From an uncultured Bacteroidales bacterium (GTDB lineage: Bacteria; Bacteroidota; Bacteroidia; Bacteroidales; JAIOZK01): a stretch of 64,000 nucleotides of DNA. Positions within the stretch are counted from its first letter, which is position 1. Each line of letters begins with the position of its first letter. The notes under the pieces are model-generated. The model searched no databases. It was not told the origin of the DNA and saw only the letters and a program-made list of their open reading frames with translations. The DNA is taken from contig CAZJYD010000005.1 in the NCBI GenBank assembly GCA_964550205.1, positions 27,639-91,638 of the forward strand. Reading direction: 5' to 3'. Below, piece after piece: positions 9,562-20,338 of the stretch. Position numbers and translations under genes: made by a program.

Positions 9562-11199
9562 TTAATCATTAATTATTTTTACATATCTTAAATCAAGTAA
9601 ATTAACGGGATTAATACCCAGATCCTTTACATTATATTGAATAAATCTAAGTACTTGATCATAATATAAAATCACAACAGGTGATTTCTGCATAACTAAA
9701 TTGTTCATTTGACTGTATAAATCAAATTTTTGCTTATCATCAATTGTTTCTTGGACTTTGAGAAACAGTTTGTCAAACTTCTTTAATTTAAAATGTGTAT
9801 AATTAGGTCCCGCAGGACAAAAATTTTCACCATAAAATAAAGATAAATAATTTTCTGCATCAGGATAATCAGCAATCCATGAAGCACGGAAAAAATTAAG
9901 TTTTGCTTGTGCTTTCATTTCTTTCAAGGCTCCTGGTGGATTTACGTTAATGGCAATATCAATTCCTAGTTCGGATAACTGATGCTGAATATATTTACAA
10001 AGGTCAAGATACTCAGCAGTTGTATTAAGTGTTATTTCAGGTAATCCTTCACCATCAGAATAACTTGCAAGGCTAAGATAATGACGTGCTTTTCCCGGAT
10101 TATAATAATAACCTTTCATTTTAGCAGAATCAAAAGAAGGTAACCCCGGAGGAATAATACCATAATTTCCCGGTATTCCTATATTATTACGCAGGTATCT
10201 TATCATTTTTTTTCTGTTAAAACCATAGTTGATAGCTTTCCTGATATACTTATTTTGTAAAGGGCTGGCTTTTACTTCTTCCAATGTAGTATCTATCAAA
10301 ATACCGAGATATTCGGTGTTTAAATATGGAGCAGTCAGCAGTTTAAAACGACCTTTATATTTTGGATTTAGTTTACCGTTTTTTGTCAGCAGCTCATCTT
10401 TATAATTAGGATCAATACCGGACATAAATTCCAGATTCCCTTTTATGAATTCTAAAAAAGCGGATTGTTTATCTTTAAGAAAGCTAATAGCCACAGCATC
10501 TATAAATGGCAACCTTTTATTATTATGATATTCAAAATAGTTTTTGTTTTTCACAAAAACCAGTTTATTGTCTTCTTTCCATATCTTAAATTTAAAAGGG
10601 CCTGTGCCTAAAGGATTTCTACGAAAATCACTACCATAATATTCTACAATTTCTTTTGGAACGACAGAAGAATATTTCATAGTCAGCATACTGAGAAAAG
10701 GAGGAAAAGATTGCTTGAGCCTGATCTCGAATATTGAATCGTTAATAGCATTAAAGGCAGGAACACCATTATTTTCTTCCACATAATTGAAAATCCAAGC
10801 TCCCGGTGATACCGTATTTCCGCTTAAGATACGTTTAAAACTGTATTCGAAATCTTTTGCATTAACTTTTCTTCCATTAGAATCAGGAAAAATCGGGTGA
10901 TCGTGAAAGAACACATCATCCCGCAAATTAAAAATATATGTTAGTCCATCATCAGAAATAGTCCATGATTTGGCAATTGCAGGTTTAATTTTAAGATTGC
11001 TGTCCAATTCAACTAAACCGTTGAATAATTGATTACAAGCCCATATATTAGCGAGATTTTTAGCGTATGCAGGATCAAGGGAACTTATTCCTGAAGCTTC
11101 ATTATATCTGAATACGGTTTTGTTATTATTTATATCTTTGTTTTGACAGGCATTAATTAAAACAATAGCAAATAGTAACAAAAGTCCGTATGTCTTCAT
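9562..11199 (-). CDS. ABC transporter substrate-binding lipoprotein, family 5 (peptide/nickel type)
   Basis: 545 aa with lipobox LINAC. Shows the SBP_bac_5 pattern (SLDPA, GTGPFKF, WIADYPDAENYL). Confidence 0.85.
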   Translation of the reverse strand: MKTYGLLLLFAIVLINACQNKDINNNKTVFRYNEASGISSLDPAYAKNLANIWACNQLFNGLVELDSNLKIKPAIAKSWTISDDGLTYIFNLRDDVFFHDHPIFPDSNGRKVNAKDFEYSFKRILSGNTVSPGAWIFNYVEENNGVPAFNAINDSIFEIRLKQSFPPFLSMLTMKYSSVVPKEIVEYYGSDFRRNPLGTGPFKFKIWKEDNKLVFVKNKNYFEYHNNKRLPFIDAVAISFLKDKQSAFLEFIKGNLEFMSGIDPNYKDELLTKNGKLNPKYKGRFKLLTAPYLNTEYLGILIDTTLEEVKASPLQNKYIRKAINYGFNRKKMIRYLRNNIGIPGNYGIIPPGLPSFDSAKMKGYYYNPGKARHYLSLASYSDGEGLPEITLNTTAEYLDLCKYIQHQLSELGIDIAINVNPPGALKEMKAQAKLNFFRASWIADYPDAENYLSLFYGENFCPAGPNYTHFKLKKFDKLFLKVQETIDDKQKFDLYSQMNNLVMQKSPVVILYYDQVLRFIQYNVKDLGINPVNLLDLRYVKIIND

Positions 11200-11218
11200 A
11201 ATATTTTTTTTATAAAAT

Positions 11219-11226
11219 CAAAATTA
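11219..11226 (-). promoter_or_regulatory. Bacteroidota -7 box (TAATTTTG) for the SBP gene
   Basis: The + strand reads CAAAATTA, so the minus strand reads TAATTTTG. It lies 20 nt upstream of the start codon at 11199. Confidence 0.45.
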
Positions 11227-11279
11227 CGATTTCATTCTGATTGAAGAATGTAATATTTTTATTTATCTATTTATTTTAT

Positions 11280-11287
11280 TATATTTG
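11280..11287 (+). promoter_or_regulatory. Bacteroidota -7 box (TATATTTG)
   Basis: Matches TAnnTTTG, 27 nt upstream of the ATG at 11314. Confidence 0.45.
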
Positions 11288-11313
11288 TATTATATGAAAA
11301 GATAAATGCTTGT

Positions 11314-12030
11314 ATGGAAGATGTTTTTCTAAAATATATGGGAGAACGGTTTAAGCTTGATAAAATTACTGATATTACAACAGAAGATTTATCAACATCA
11401 GCAAAAGGCCCTGTTATAACTATATCAAGACAGGCTGGTTGTTCTGCAGAATTATTTGCGAGGAAACTTGCTGAAAAATTAACAATATATAACCGCGAAC
11501 GTAACAGGAAATTCAAGTGGCATTGGGTAAATAAAGAAATAATTAACGAATCGGCTGACCATTTAAATATTCATCCTTCTAAAGTAAAATATGTTTTTAA
11601 AGCTGAAAAAAGAAAACCGATGGATGAATTCTTTGGCTCAATGTATTCAAGTTATCATAAAAATGAGAAGGCAATTATAAAAGGAATAATTAAGGTAGTA
11701 AAAAATATTGCTGCCAGGGGCAATATAATTATAGTTGGCCGTGGCGGAGTAGTTCTTACCAGGGATATAAAAAAAACTCTTCATATCAAGCTAATTGCTC
11801 CTTTGGAATGGCGAATAGATTTTATCAGTAAAAAACATCAGGTAAACACACAAGAAGCTGCAGAATACATTAATGAAGTAGATAAAAAACGTTCTCAATT
11901 AATTGATAATTTTATGGGAAAAGCTACTGATGACTCTATTTTTGACATGATTATTAATTCCCGCAGTTTTACTAATGATGAAATAATTGATGTTGTAATG
12001 CGATCACTTATATCAAGAAGAGTAATTTGA
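11314..12030 (+). CDS. cytidylate kinase-like family protein
   Basis: 238 aa. VITISRQAGCSAELFARKLAEKL and NIIIVGRGG are typical of the cytidylate-kinase-like (AAA_28-type) family. Confidence 0.65.
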   Translation: MEDVFLKYMGERFKLDKITDITTEDLSTSAKGPVITISRQAGCSAELFARKLAEKLTIYNRERNRKFKWHWVNKEIINESADHLNIHPSKVKYVFKAEKRKPMDEFFGSMYSSYHKNEKAIIKGIIKVVKNIAARGNIIIVGRGGVVLTRDIKKTLHIKLIAPLEWRIDFISKKHQVNTQEAAEYINEVDKKRSQLIDNFMGKATDDSIFDMIINSRSFTNDEIIDVVMRSLISRRVI

Positions 12031-12245
12031 TTCCGGATTCTTTACCTTTCGAGTTTGAGTTTTAGTTAGAGGAAGACTGTCAGATTTCAAATTTTATTAC
12101 TGATCACCGATAACTGATTAATGCCATTAAGAATTTCAAGAAATTAAAATGATGTTAATTAGTGCCTGTCCATAATGTTGACCGATAAGCTATAATAAGG
12201 AGATATCTATCAACATAAATCTCTATACTACTTTATAGACAGGCA

Positions 12246-14714
12246 TTAATTAAGCTTTAGCGAGTTTTTAACTCTCTCATTAAGAAGTGCAATATCCACT
12301 GATTCGATCATTTCATCAATATAATGAAAACGCAAGCCTGTTATATATTCTTTTTTAATATCCTCAATGTCTTTTTTATTTTCTGAAGAAACTATAATAT
12401 CTTTTATTTTGGCTCTTTTAGCTGCAAGTATTTTTTCCTTAATACCGCCTACAGGTAAGACTTTTCCACGTAAAGTTATTTCACCGGTCATAGCCAGTTT
12501 TGATTTTATCTTACGCCGAGTGAAAGCAGAAGCCAAAGCAGTAAAGATGGTAATTCCTGCCGATGGACCATCCTTAGGTGTTGCACCTTCCGGAATATGT
12601 ATATGTACATTCCATTTTTTAAAAATATCAGGATCAATTTTAAGAATATTAGAATGGGCTTTTAGATATTCAAAAGCAATTGCTGCAGATTCTTTCATAA
12701 CATCTCCCAGGTTACCTGTCATAGTTAATTCTCCTTTGCCCGGGCTTAAACTGACTTCAACGAAGAGAATATCTCCCCCAATAACCGTCCATGCAAGGCC
12801 TGTTACAACACCTGCAATATTATTATTCAACTCTTTATCTTTTTGATAATGCGGCGGACCTAAAATATTAAGTAAATCCTTTTCGTCAATATATTTATTA
12901 TACGACTCATTCATAGCTATGTATCTGGCATTACTACGGATGGTCTTGGCAATGTTCTTTTCCAGTGTCCTTACGCCTGCTTCCCGTGTATAATCCTCAA
13001 TGATCTTTTCAAGTATTTTTTTTCGAAAGACCAGTTGATTTCTTTTAACACCATGTTCCTTAAATTGCTTGGGTAACAGATGTCGTTTTGCAATTTCAAT
13101 TTTTTCTTCAAGCAAATAGCCGTTAAGGCCTATTACCTCCATTCTGTCTCTCAATGCCGGGTGGACTGTTGCAAGAGTATTTGCTGTGCCAATAAACATT
13201 ACTTTTGACAGGTTATATTCCATTTCAAGGTAGTTATCGTAAAAAGTGGAATTTTGTTCGGGATCAAGTATTTCAAGTAATGCCGCCTGTGGGTCACCAC
13301 TGATATTAGCACCGGTTACTTTATCAATTTCATCAAGTACAAAAACAGGATTTGATGATTTTGCTTTACTTATTCTTTGTATTACTCTTCCCGGCATAGC
13401 TCCAACATAAGTTTTTCGGTGTCCCCGTAATTCAGCTTCATCCCTCACTCCACCAAGTGACATCCTTATATAATTACGCCCTAATGCTCTGGCTATGGAA
13501 CGGCCTAAGGATGTTTTACCAACACCGGGAGGACCAACAAGACATAATATGGGCGACTTCATATCATCTTTGAGTTTTATTACAGCCAGGTATTCAATAA
13601 TACGTTCTTTTACTTTTTCTAGTCCGTAATGATCCTCATCCAAAATTTTTTGTGCATGGTTAAGATCGAGGTTATCCTTTGTGTATTTCTGCCATGGGAG
13701 ATCTACCAGAGTCTCAAGATAATTGATCTGTATTGAATATTCAGCAGCCTGGGGATTCATCCTTTGCAATTTATTTAACTCTTTTTTAAAAGTCTCGGCA
13801 GTTTCTTTTGGCCATTTTTTTGATTTAGACTTGTTCTTAAGCTCGTTAATTTCCTGTTCGTTAGGGCTGCCACCCAGTTCTTCCTGTATTGTTTTCAACT
13901 GCTGATTAAGCAAATAATCCCGTTGTTGCTTATCCAGATCATTTTTTACCTTATTTTGGATCTGGGCCTTAAGCTCAATCATTTGGAGCTCTTTGGTGAG
14001 TAATGATAATACCTGGTTTGCTCTTTTACGGAGATCGGATATCTCAAGTAGTTTCTGTTTTTCTAAAACATCTATATTTAAATTTGATGAAATGAAATTC
14101 ACGAGAAAAACAGGACTTTCAATGTTTTTTATAGCAAATGATGCCTCGGAAGGAATATTGGGAGATTTTTTAATTATTTGCATTGACAGATCCTTAAGGG
14201 AGTCAATTAAAGCATTTAAATTAGTGTCATAATCATATTTTTCAGTCTTGTCGAAAGGTTTTACTTCTGCCCTGAAATAAGGTTCCGATTGGATCATTTT
14301 TATCAACTCAAATCTTTTCTTCCCCTGAATAATAGCAGTAGTAGATCCATCAGGCATATTTAGCAGCTTTATGATATTTGCTACAGTTCCAACTTTATTA
14401 AGATCTTCAAATCCTGGATCTTCTACTTCAACATCCTTCTGTGCTATAACTCCTACCACATTCCTTTTTTTATATGCCTCTCTGATAAGCATAATAGACT
14501 TATCACGTCCAACAGTTATTGGGATTACCACACCAGGGAACAATACCGTATTTCTTAAAGGTAAAATAGGAAGGGATGCGGGTATATCTTCTGCATTAAT
14601 TTGTTCTTCATCTTCAGATGACAAAAGCGGTATAAATTCCGTTTCGGCATCAATTATATCTGATAGTCTTAAGCTTTCTTCATTAAATAATTTATCCATA
14701 TGCAAATAAGTCAA
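12246..14714 (-). CDS. lon: ATP-dependent endopeptidase La (Lon protease)
   Basis: 822 aa with an N-terminal LON domain, Walker [10 protein letters not shown], and proteolytic Ser/Lys context PKDGPSAG and [10 protein letters not shown]. Confidence 0.95.
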   Translation of the reverse strand: MTYLHMDKLFNEESLRLSDIIDAETEFIPLLSSEDEEQINAEDIPASLPILPLRNTVLFPGVVIPITVGRDKSIMLIREAYKKRNVVGVIAQKDVEVEDPGFEDLNKVGTVANIIKLLNMPDGSTTAIIQGKKRFELIKMIQSEPYFRAEVKPFDKTEKYDYDTNLNALIDSLKDLSMQIIKKSPNIPSEASFAIKNIESPVFLVNFISSNLNIDVLEKQKLLEISDLRKRANQVLSLLTKELQMIELKAQIQNKVKNDLDKQQRDYLLNQQLKTIQEELGGSPNEQEINELKNKSKSKKWPKETAETFKKELNKLQRMNPQAAEYSIQINYLETLVDLPWQKYTKDNLDLNHAQKILDEDHYGLEKVKERIIEYLAVIKLKDDMKSPILCLVGPPGVGKTSLGRSIARALGRNYIRMSLGGVRDEAELRGHRKTYVGAMPGRVIQRISKAKSSNPVFVLDEIDKVTGANISGDPQAALLEILDPEQNSTFYDNYLEMEYNLSKVMFIGTANTLATVHPALRDRMEVIGLNGYLLEEKIEIAKRHLLPKQFKEHGVKRNQLVFRKKILEKIIEDYTREAGVRTLEKNIAKTIRSNARYIAMNESYNKYIDEKDLLNILGPPHYQKDKELNNNIAGVVTGLAWTVIGGDILFVEVSLSPGKGELTMTGNLGDVMKESAAIAFEYLKAHSNILKIDPDIFKKWNVHIHIPEGATPKDGPSAGITIFTALASAFTRRKIKSKLAMTGEITLRGKVLPVGGIKEKILAAKRAKIKDIIVSSENKKDIEDIKKEYITGLRFHYIDEMIESVDIALLNERVKNSLKLN

Positions 14715-14863
14715 ATTGTCAGTTTATGTATTCAATTTGTTTAAAAACAAGGTTCTCTCAAAGAATTTATAAAGTTAATAATACTATCGTTATTTTTCTC
14801 ATTAACTGTGACAATATATATGCCAAAGATTTATCAGTTAAATATCAAATTGGTATACAAGTA

Positions 14864-16051
14864 TTAGAAGCTTTTATTTTGGAGTGTTAAATTATAAACC
14901 TGTTTAAGTATATGTTCCTCTGTTTCGTCAAATACTCTATTTCTTCTTTGATAAACTACTTTTGCAACCTCAACTGCCTTATTAAAATCAAATTGTGTGA
15001 AGCCGCCTGTACCACCCCAGGTAAATGAAGGAATAAAATTCCTGTGAAATCCTGAACCATATAAATTAACATTAACTCCAACTACTGTTCCTGTATTAAA
15101 AGTGGTATTAATAGCGCATTTTGTATGATCGCCCATTATCAATCCGCAAAAAATTTTTCCGGTTCTAATAAATGTTTTTTCCGGATAACACCATAAACGT
15201 ACTTCATCATATGTATTTCTCAGGTTAGAATTATTGGTTCCTGCTCCCAAATTGCACCACTCCCCTATCACAGAGTTACCAATGAATCCGTCATGTGCTT
15301 TATTTGAATATCCAAAAAAAACTGAATTGTTTACTTCCCCACCAACTTTTGAATGCGGACCAATAGTGGTTGCCCCATAAATTTTGGAACCCATTTTTAA
15401 AACAGCATTATTACATATTGCAACTGGACCTCTTATCATGCATCCTTCCATAATTTCAGCATCTTTGCCAATATAGATCGGACCATTTGAAGCATTTAAA
15501 ATTGAATTCTCAATCTTGGCTCCCTTTTCAATAAAGATATTTTCTTTATTAACATAATGATTTGAAGAATTAAGAGGTTCTGATTTTCTGTTTTTTGTTA
15601 TCAATGCGAAGTCATTCCGTAATGCTTCATCATTTCCTGCAAAAATATCCCATGTGTTATCCAACTTAATGTAATCTAAATTTGTTTTTATCTCATTTAT
15701 TCCATGAGTATCCCCTTCTTCTACCTTTTCAAGGTCATCGGCATCCACATGTAATGCAATAATTGAATTACCTGTGGTTAAGGCCTGTTTAGGTTGAAGA
15801 TCCATTACTAGCCTTGTTATATCTTTGTTTGGACAAATAGATCCATTAATGAGAATATTATCCTTTTCTTTTAGTATTGGATATTTTTCTCTAAGATAAT
15901 CTTCTGTTAATGTTGATGTTTTGACCTTAAGATATTTTTCCCACTTCTCTCTGATCGTTAGTATTCCTATCCTCATATCGGCTACCGGACGGGTGAAGGA
16001 AAGCGGTAGTAAATAATTACGCCGGAAATTATCAAATAATATATAATTCAT
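14864..16051 (-). CDS. GlmU-family putative sugar-phosphate nucleotidyltransferase/acyltransferase (left-handed beta-helix)
   Basis: 395 aa. The N-terminus NYILFDNFRRNYLLPLSFTRPVADMRIGILTIREKWE and the C-terminal hexapeptide repeats match the Bacteroidota GlmU-family protein type. Confidence 0.65.
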   Translation of the reverse strand: MNYILFDNFRRNYLLPLSFTRPVADMRIGILTIREKWEKYLKVKTSTLTEDYLREKYPILKEKDNILINGSICPNKDITRLVMDLQPKQALTTGNSIIALHVDADDLEKVEEGDTHGINEIKTNLDYIKLDNTWDIFAGNDEALRNDFALITKNRKSEPLNSSNHYVNKENIFIEKGAKIENSILNASNGPIYIGKDAEIMEGCMIRGPVAICNNAVLKMGSKIYGATTIGPHSKVGGEVNNSVFFGYSNKAHDGFIGNSVIGEWCNLGAGTNNSNLRNTYDEVRLWCYPEKTFIRTGKIFCGLIMGDHTKCAINTTFNTGTVVGVNVNLYGSGFHRNFIPSFTWGGTGGFTQFDFNKAVEVAKVVYQRRNRVFDETEEHILKQVYNLTLQNKSF

Positions 16052-16165
16052 ACCATAAATTAATTTATAATAAATTGATATCTCACAAGCTTAAACAAAT
16101 CACAAAAATAATTTAATAAGATAAGATAACTATGTTATTTCTTAATTTAATAGTTTATAAATTAA

Positions 16166-16192
16166 AAAAGCCCTTTGGATTTAAGGGCTTTT
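16166..16192 (-). terminator. rho-independent terminator downstream of rpmE2
   Basis: Hairpin AAAGCCCTT-loop-AAGGGCTTT. On the minus strand it is followed by TTTTTAATTT. It lies 15 nt past the stop codon. Confidence 0.6.
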
Positions 16193-16206
16193 AAGAAATA
16201 TAAAAA

Positions 16207-16479
16207 TTACTTTTTACTATTTTTATTTTCGTAATGCTTCTTGTAACGGCTTTTGAATTTATCCACACGACCTGCAGTATCTACAAGTTTCATCTTACCT
16301 GTAAAGAATGGATGGGATGTATGGGAAATTTCAAGCTTAATCAATGGATATTCCTTTCCATCCTCCCACTTTACTTTTTCTTTTGATGCTGCTGTTGACT
16401 TTGTAAGGAATGAATAGTTATTCGACATATCCTTAAATACAACTAATCTGTAATTTTTAGGATGAATACCTTTTTTCAT
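16207..16479 (-). CDS. rpmE2: 50S ribosomal protein L31, type B (zinc-independent)
   Basis: [10 protein letters not shown] start, HPFFTGK block, 90 aa, and no CxxC zinc motif. Confidence 0.9.
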   Translation of the reverse strand: MKKGIHPKNYRLVVFKDMSNNYSFLTKSTAASKEKVKWEDGKEYPLIKLEISHTSHPFFTGKMKLVDTAGRVDKFKSRYKKHYENKNSKK

Positions 16480-16507
16480 TTTATCTCCATAATAATTTTA
16501 AAGGGTG

Positions 16508-16515
16508 CAAAAGTA
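16508..16515 (-). promoter_or_regulatory. Bacteroidota -7 box (TACTTTTG) for rpmE2
   Basis: The + strand reads CAAAAGTA. It lies 29 nt upstream of the start codon at 16479. Confidence 0.5.
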
Positions 16516-16556
16516 GTTATTATCTGTTTAATATCAAAGTAATGTATAAGAATATT

Positions 16557-17615
16557 TCACAAATCCAGCAAGAAATTCATAGTATCAGTATTATCAGCAT
16601 AATCCCATAATTCCGGAGATTGTGATCTTCCGAACGAAACAGTATTATTGATATCAGGAATATTTGAAACTATGCATTGAATTTTTTCTTCTTCCCTGTT
16701 CAATTTATTTGTAAGATTTATGATGTCAGTGTAATATTCATAATGGATAACTGAAACAGGAGAACTAATCAATTTATGTTTCTTTAATATTACAAAATCA
16801 TTATCCATGAAGTCATCACGATTAAGTAAATATATTGATTTATAATAATCGTAATTATTCCTGTATTTATGGTTGTCTATAACATAATGGTAATCTTTGA
16901 TATTATCAAACAACTTATTAAATGAATAATTTTCAGGAACGTATATCTTAGAAACGCTTCTGCAACCCAAACCAAAATGCATAAAAATATCAATACCGAG
17001 TTTTCCAAGCTCATCATTGTTTTCTTTTCCATTAAGAACTGCAACCGCATTTTTGTTCTTTCTGATTATATTGGGATATTTCCCAAAATAGTAATTAAAA
17101 TATCTTGCAGTATTATTAGTACCTGTTGCAATAATTGCATCAAATCCTCTTATTCTCTCTTCTGTAAATATAATTTGTTGTTTGAATTTATTATCGATTT
17201 CTATTAATATATCTGCAATTGCAGGAAGTAATTTGTTATCCTGAGTAGATAACTTGCCAATGAATTTATTACCGGAAATCAAAACACACAAAAAGTCATG
17301 GAATCCCACTACAGGAATATTACCAGCCATCACAACGCCAATTTTTTTCTCTGCAGGTTCTTTACTTAGTTTATCACGATAATTGTAAAGCCATTTTTCA
17401 AGCTTGTTTTTTTGCAAACTTTCAGCAATAGATTCAATGGCAAATAATACATGATCCTTTATAAACCACGGATTTTCATTTTCAATAGTATTAATAACTT
17501 TAATCAAATCACTATTCTTATCATAATTGCTTTTATGATTCTTAACACATTCAACAGTATTCTTTAAATTCCTGCCTAGTTCGGCAAAAACCACTATTAG
17601 TCTATCTATATTCAT
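16557..17615 (-). CDS. acyl-CoA reductase (LuxC-like) family protein
   Basis: 352 aa. Its size, its divergent position from serC, and the block GVVMAGNIPVVGFHDFLCVL match my recollection of Bacteroidota LuxC-like proteins. Not verified. Confidence 0.55.
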   Translation of the reverse strand: MNIDRLIVVFAELGRNLKNTVECVKNHKSNYDKNSDLIKVINTIENENPWFIKDHVLFAIESIAESLQKNKLEKWLYNYRDKLSKEPAEKKIGVVMAGNIPVVGFHDFLCVLISGNKFIGKLSTQDNKLLPAIADILIEIDNKFKQQIIFTEERIRGFDAIIATGTNNTARYFNYYFGKYPNIIRKNKNAVAVLNGKENNDELGKLGIDIFMHFGLGCRSVSKIYVPENYSFNKLFDNIKDYHYVIDNHKYRNNYDYYKSIYLLNRDDFMDNDFVILKKHKLISSPVSVIHYEYYTDIINLTNKLNREEEKIQCIVSNIPDINNTVSFGRSQSPELWDYADNTDTMNFLLDL

Positions 17616-17684
17616 TAACTTTTACAATAATAATTTAACCTATAATTAATATCGGAAATTAAGTTATATTATTATTAATTATTT

Positions 17685-17692
17685 TACCTTTG
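17685..17692 (+). promoter_or_regulatory. Bacteroidota -7 box (TACCTTTG) for serC
   Basis: Matches TAnnTTTG, 58 nt upstream of the ATG at 17750. Confidence 0.4.
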
Positions 17693-17749
17693 CTGTGAAA
17701 TTTACAATGAAAAAACTAAATAATAAACAAATCAAAATTATCTTGTAAA

Positions 17750-18820
17750 ATGAAAAAACATAATTTTTATGCTGGTCCTTCAATTTTATCACAATACACA
17801 ATAGATAATACTGCTAAGGCTGTACAGGACCTTGACGGAATAGGTCTGTCAATAATGGAGATTTCACACAGAAGCAAAGAATTTAAGGCCATAATGGAGG
17901 AAGCTCAATCACTGTTTAAAGAATTGCTTGATATTCCTGATGGTTATTCGGTACTTTTTCTGGGAGGCGGAGCAAGCACTCAGTTCCTGATGGTTCCATA
18001 TAACCTGATGAATAAAAAGTCTGCATACCTGAATACCGGATCATGGGCAAAGAAAGCAATTAAAGAAGCAAAATATTTTGGCGAAGTTGATGTAGTGGCT
18101 TCTTCTGAGGATAAGAATTTCGCATATATTCCAAAAGGCTGGAAAGTGCCAGATGATGCAGAATACTTTCATATAACTTCAAACAACACGATTTACGGAA
18201 CAGAGATCAAGGAAGATTTTAATCTAAAGATTCCTCTCGTAGCCGATATGTCATCAGATATTTTCAGCCGCCCTGTTGATGTTTCAAAATATGCCATAAT
18301 ATACGGTGGTGCCCAGAAAAATCTTGGTCCTGCAGGAGTTACTTTCGTAATCATTAAAAATGATATTCTTGGTAAAGTTGATCGCCAGATACCTACAATG
18401 ATGAATTATCAAACACACATTGACAAAGATTCAATGTTCAATACACCCCCCTGTTTATGTATTTATTCGTCGCTTCAGACATTAAAATGGATAAAAGATA
18501 ATGGTGGCGTTGCAGAAATGCAAAAACTAAATAATAAAAAAGCCGGGCGCATGTATGAAGAAATAAACAGGAACAAGCTGTTCAAAGCCACAGTTGAAAG
18601 TGATGAAGACCGTTCAATTATGAATGTTTGTTTTGTTATGGATGATAACTACGCCAACCTGGAATCAGAGTTTTTTGAATTTGCTACCTCCAGGGGAATG
18701 ATTGGAATTAAAGGACATCGTTCGGTAGGTGGTTTCAGGGCATCTCTCTATAACGCATTGCCTTATGAAAGTGTAGAAGCCCTTATTGAAGTAATGCAGG
18801 AATTTGAAAAAAATCACTGA
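17750..18820 (+). CDS. serC: 3-phosphoserine/phosphohydroxythreonine aminotransferase
   Basis: 356 aa with NFYAGPS, HRSKEF, and the PLP-lysine block [13 protein letters not shown]. Confidence 0.92.
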   Translation: MKKHNFYAGPSILSQYTIDNTAKAVQDLDGIGLSIMEISHRSKEFKAIMEEAQSLFKELLDIPDGYSVLFLGGGASTQFLMVPYNLMNKKSAYLNTGSWAKKAIKEAKYFGEVDVVASSEDKNFAYIPKGWKVPDDAEYFHITSNNTIYGTEIKEDFNLKIPLVADMSSDIFSRPVDVSKYAIIYGGAQKNLGPAGVTFVIIKNDILGKVDRQIPTMMNYQTHIDKDSMFNTPPCLCIYSSLQTLKWIKDNGGVAEMQKLNNKKAGRMYEEINRNKLFKATVESDEDRSIMNVCFVMDDNYANLESEFFEFATSRGMIGIKGHRSVGGFRASLYNALPYESVEALIEVMQEFEKNH

Positions 18821-18828
18821 TAATTTTG
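18821..18828 (+). promoter_or_regulatory. possible internal -7 box (TAATTTTG) ahead of serA
   Basis: Immediately follows the serC stop, 41 nt upstream of the ATG at 18869. Confidence 0.35.
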
Positions 18829-18868
18829 ATAATACAATTTTTTTTTTAATATTTAAAATCCATATATC

Positions 18869-19786
18869 ATGACAAAAATATTAGTTGCAACAATAAAACC
18901 TTTTGCTCCTGCTGCTGTTGAAGAAATTAAGAATATTTCTGAAAAAGCAGGATACGATATACAGGTTTTGGAAAAATATGCCGATAAATCGGAAATGATA
19001 AAAGCGGTTGAAGATGCTACCGCTCTTATTGTCAGATCAGATGCAGTTGACCAGGAGGTAATTGATGCCGGTAAAAACCTGAAGATTATTGTCAGGGCAG
19101 GTGCAGGTTACGATAATATTGACTTAAAGGCCGCTTCAGATAAAGACATTGTAGTAATGAACACTCCCGGTCAGAATGCGAATGCAGTTGCAGAACTGGC
19201 TCTTGGCATGATGGTATATCTTGCCAGAAATTTGTATAATGGTAAACCTGGTACGGAATTACGCGGCAAAAAGCTTGGTGTATTTGCATTTGGTAATGTT
19301 GGCAAATGTGTTGCGGAAATTGCATTGGGCTTAAAAATGGATGTCTACGCCTATAGTTCTAAACCGAAAGAAACTATTGAAAAAGCATGTGTAAAACCAT
19401 TAGGTAGTGCAGAAGAGCTTTTTAAAACATGCCAGTATATATCTCTCCATATTCCGGCTAATGAAAAAACAATAAAATCCATCAATTATGAATTGATGTC
19501 AAAAATGCCTGAAAACGCAGTACTGGTGAATACAGCCAGAAAAGAAATAATTGATGAGGAAGGATTACTAAAAATGTTTGCAGAGAGACCGGATTTTAAA
19601 TATATCTCTGATATTGCCCCGGATTGTTGTGATGAGATTGAAAAAGAGTATCCTGGCAGATTCTTTTTCACACCCAAGAAAATGGGAGCGCAAACCTCAG
19701 AAGCTAATATAAATGCTGGTATTGCGGCTGCCAACCAAATTGTTAATTATCTAAAAAAAGGTGATACAACCTTTAAGGTTAATTGA
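18869..19786 (+). CDS. serA: D-3-phosphoglycerate dehydrogenase, short type III (Lys-type active site)
   Basis: 305 aa D-2-hydroxyacid dehydrogenase fold with NAD motif GVFAFGNVG and no ACT/ASB domains. It has TPKKMGAQT where His-type enzymes have TPHxG. It is adjacent to serC. Confidence 0.8.
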   Translation: MTKILVATIKPFAPAAVEEIKNISEKAGYDIQVLEKYADKSEMIKAVEDATALIVRSDAVDQEVIDAGKNLKIIVRAGAGYDNIDLKAASDKDIVVMNTPGQNANAVAELALGMMVYLARNLYNGKPGTELRGKKLGVFAFGNVGKCVAEIALGLKMDVYAYSSKPKETIEKACVKPLGSAEELFKTCQYISLHIPANEKTIKSINYELMSKMPENAVLVNTARKEIIDEEGLLKMFAERPDFKYISDIAPDCCDEIEKEYPGRFFFTPKKMGAQTSEANINAGIAAANQIVNYLKKGDTTFKVN

Positions 19787-19901
19787 TCTGAATAACTATA
19801 TATTAGAATTAAACTACTAATTGGTTTGGTAGATTAATTAGTTGGAAATAATTATATTTTTCCGGATAAAAACGATGAATTAAATAATTAAATACTTAGT
19901 C

Positions 19902-20330
19902 ATGGAACAATTAACAGAAAAAAAAGTAACTTTTTTCAGGTTTGAAGATCTGAGAATCTATCACAAAGCATTGGACTATGCAACATGGGTTTTTAACATG
20001 TTCAACGAGGATAAAGAAAACCAGGATAGCAGTATTATCGAAAAATTTAAAAACTCTTCCCAGTCCATTGCTTTAAACATAGCAGAAGGATCAGCAAGAA
20101 ACAAAAGTCAATTCATTTATTACCTTAAAATGGCTAAAAGCGCATTAAGAGAATGCATTGTGATCACAACAATCTTAAAGAATCTCGAATATATCGATGA
20201 AATGCAGGAAGAAGAATCAAGAACCCATTTAATGGAAATGACAAAAATGTTGGGCGCATTAATATCATCATTGCAAAGAAATAGTAACAATAACAATAAT
20301 AACAATAATTATAATAACGAAAATCAGTAA
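19902..20330 (+). CDS. four-helix-bundle protein (23S rRNA intervening-sequence protein family) with an Asn-rich tail
   Basis: FEDLRIYHKALDY...ALNIAEGSAR...LKMAKSALREC match the TIGR02436-type pattern. The C-terminus is NSNNNNNNNNYNNENQ. Confidence 0.75.
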   Translation: MEQLTEKKVTFFRFEDLRIYHKALDYATWVFNMFNEDKENQDSSIIEKFKNSSQSIALNIAEGSARNKSQFIYYLKMAKSALRECIVITTILKNLEYIDEMQEEESRTHLMEMTKMLGALISSLQRNSNNNNNNNNYNNENQ

Positions 20331-20338
20331 AAACAACT

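Noticed and set aside
18869-19786. An apparent loss of the catalytic His in SerA (TPKKMGAQT instead of TPHxG).
   Set aside because: This matches the known Lys-type subclass of short type III phosphoglycerate dehydrogenases, described for Bacteroides/Porphyromonas/Entamoeba-type enzymes. It is not an anomaly.
20281-20327. The Asn-codon run as a sequencing or assembly artefact.
   Set aside because: The run is an irregular mix of AAT, AAC, AGT and TAT codons that stays in frame up to a normal stop. It is not a homopolymer or a perfect microsatellite.
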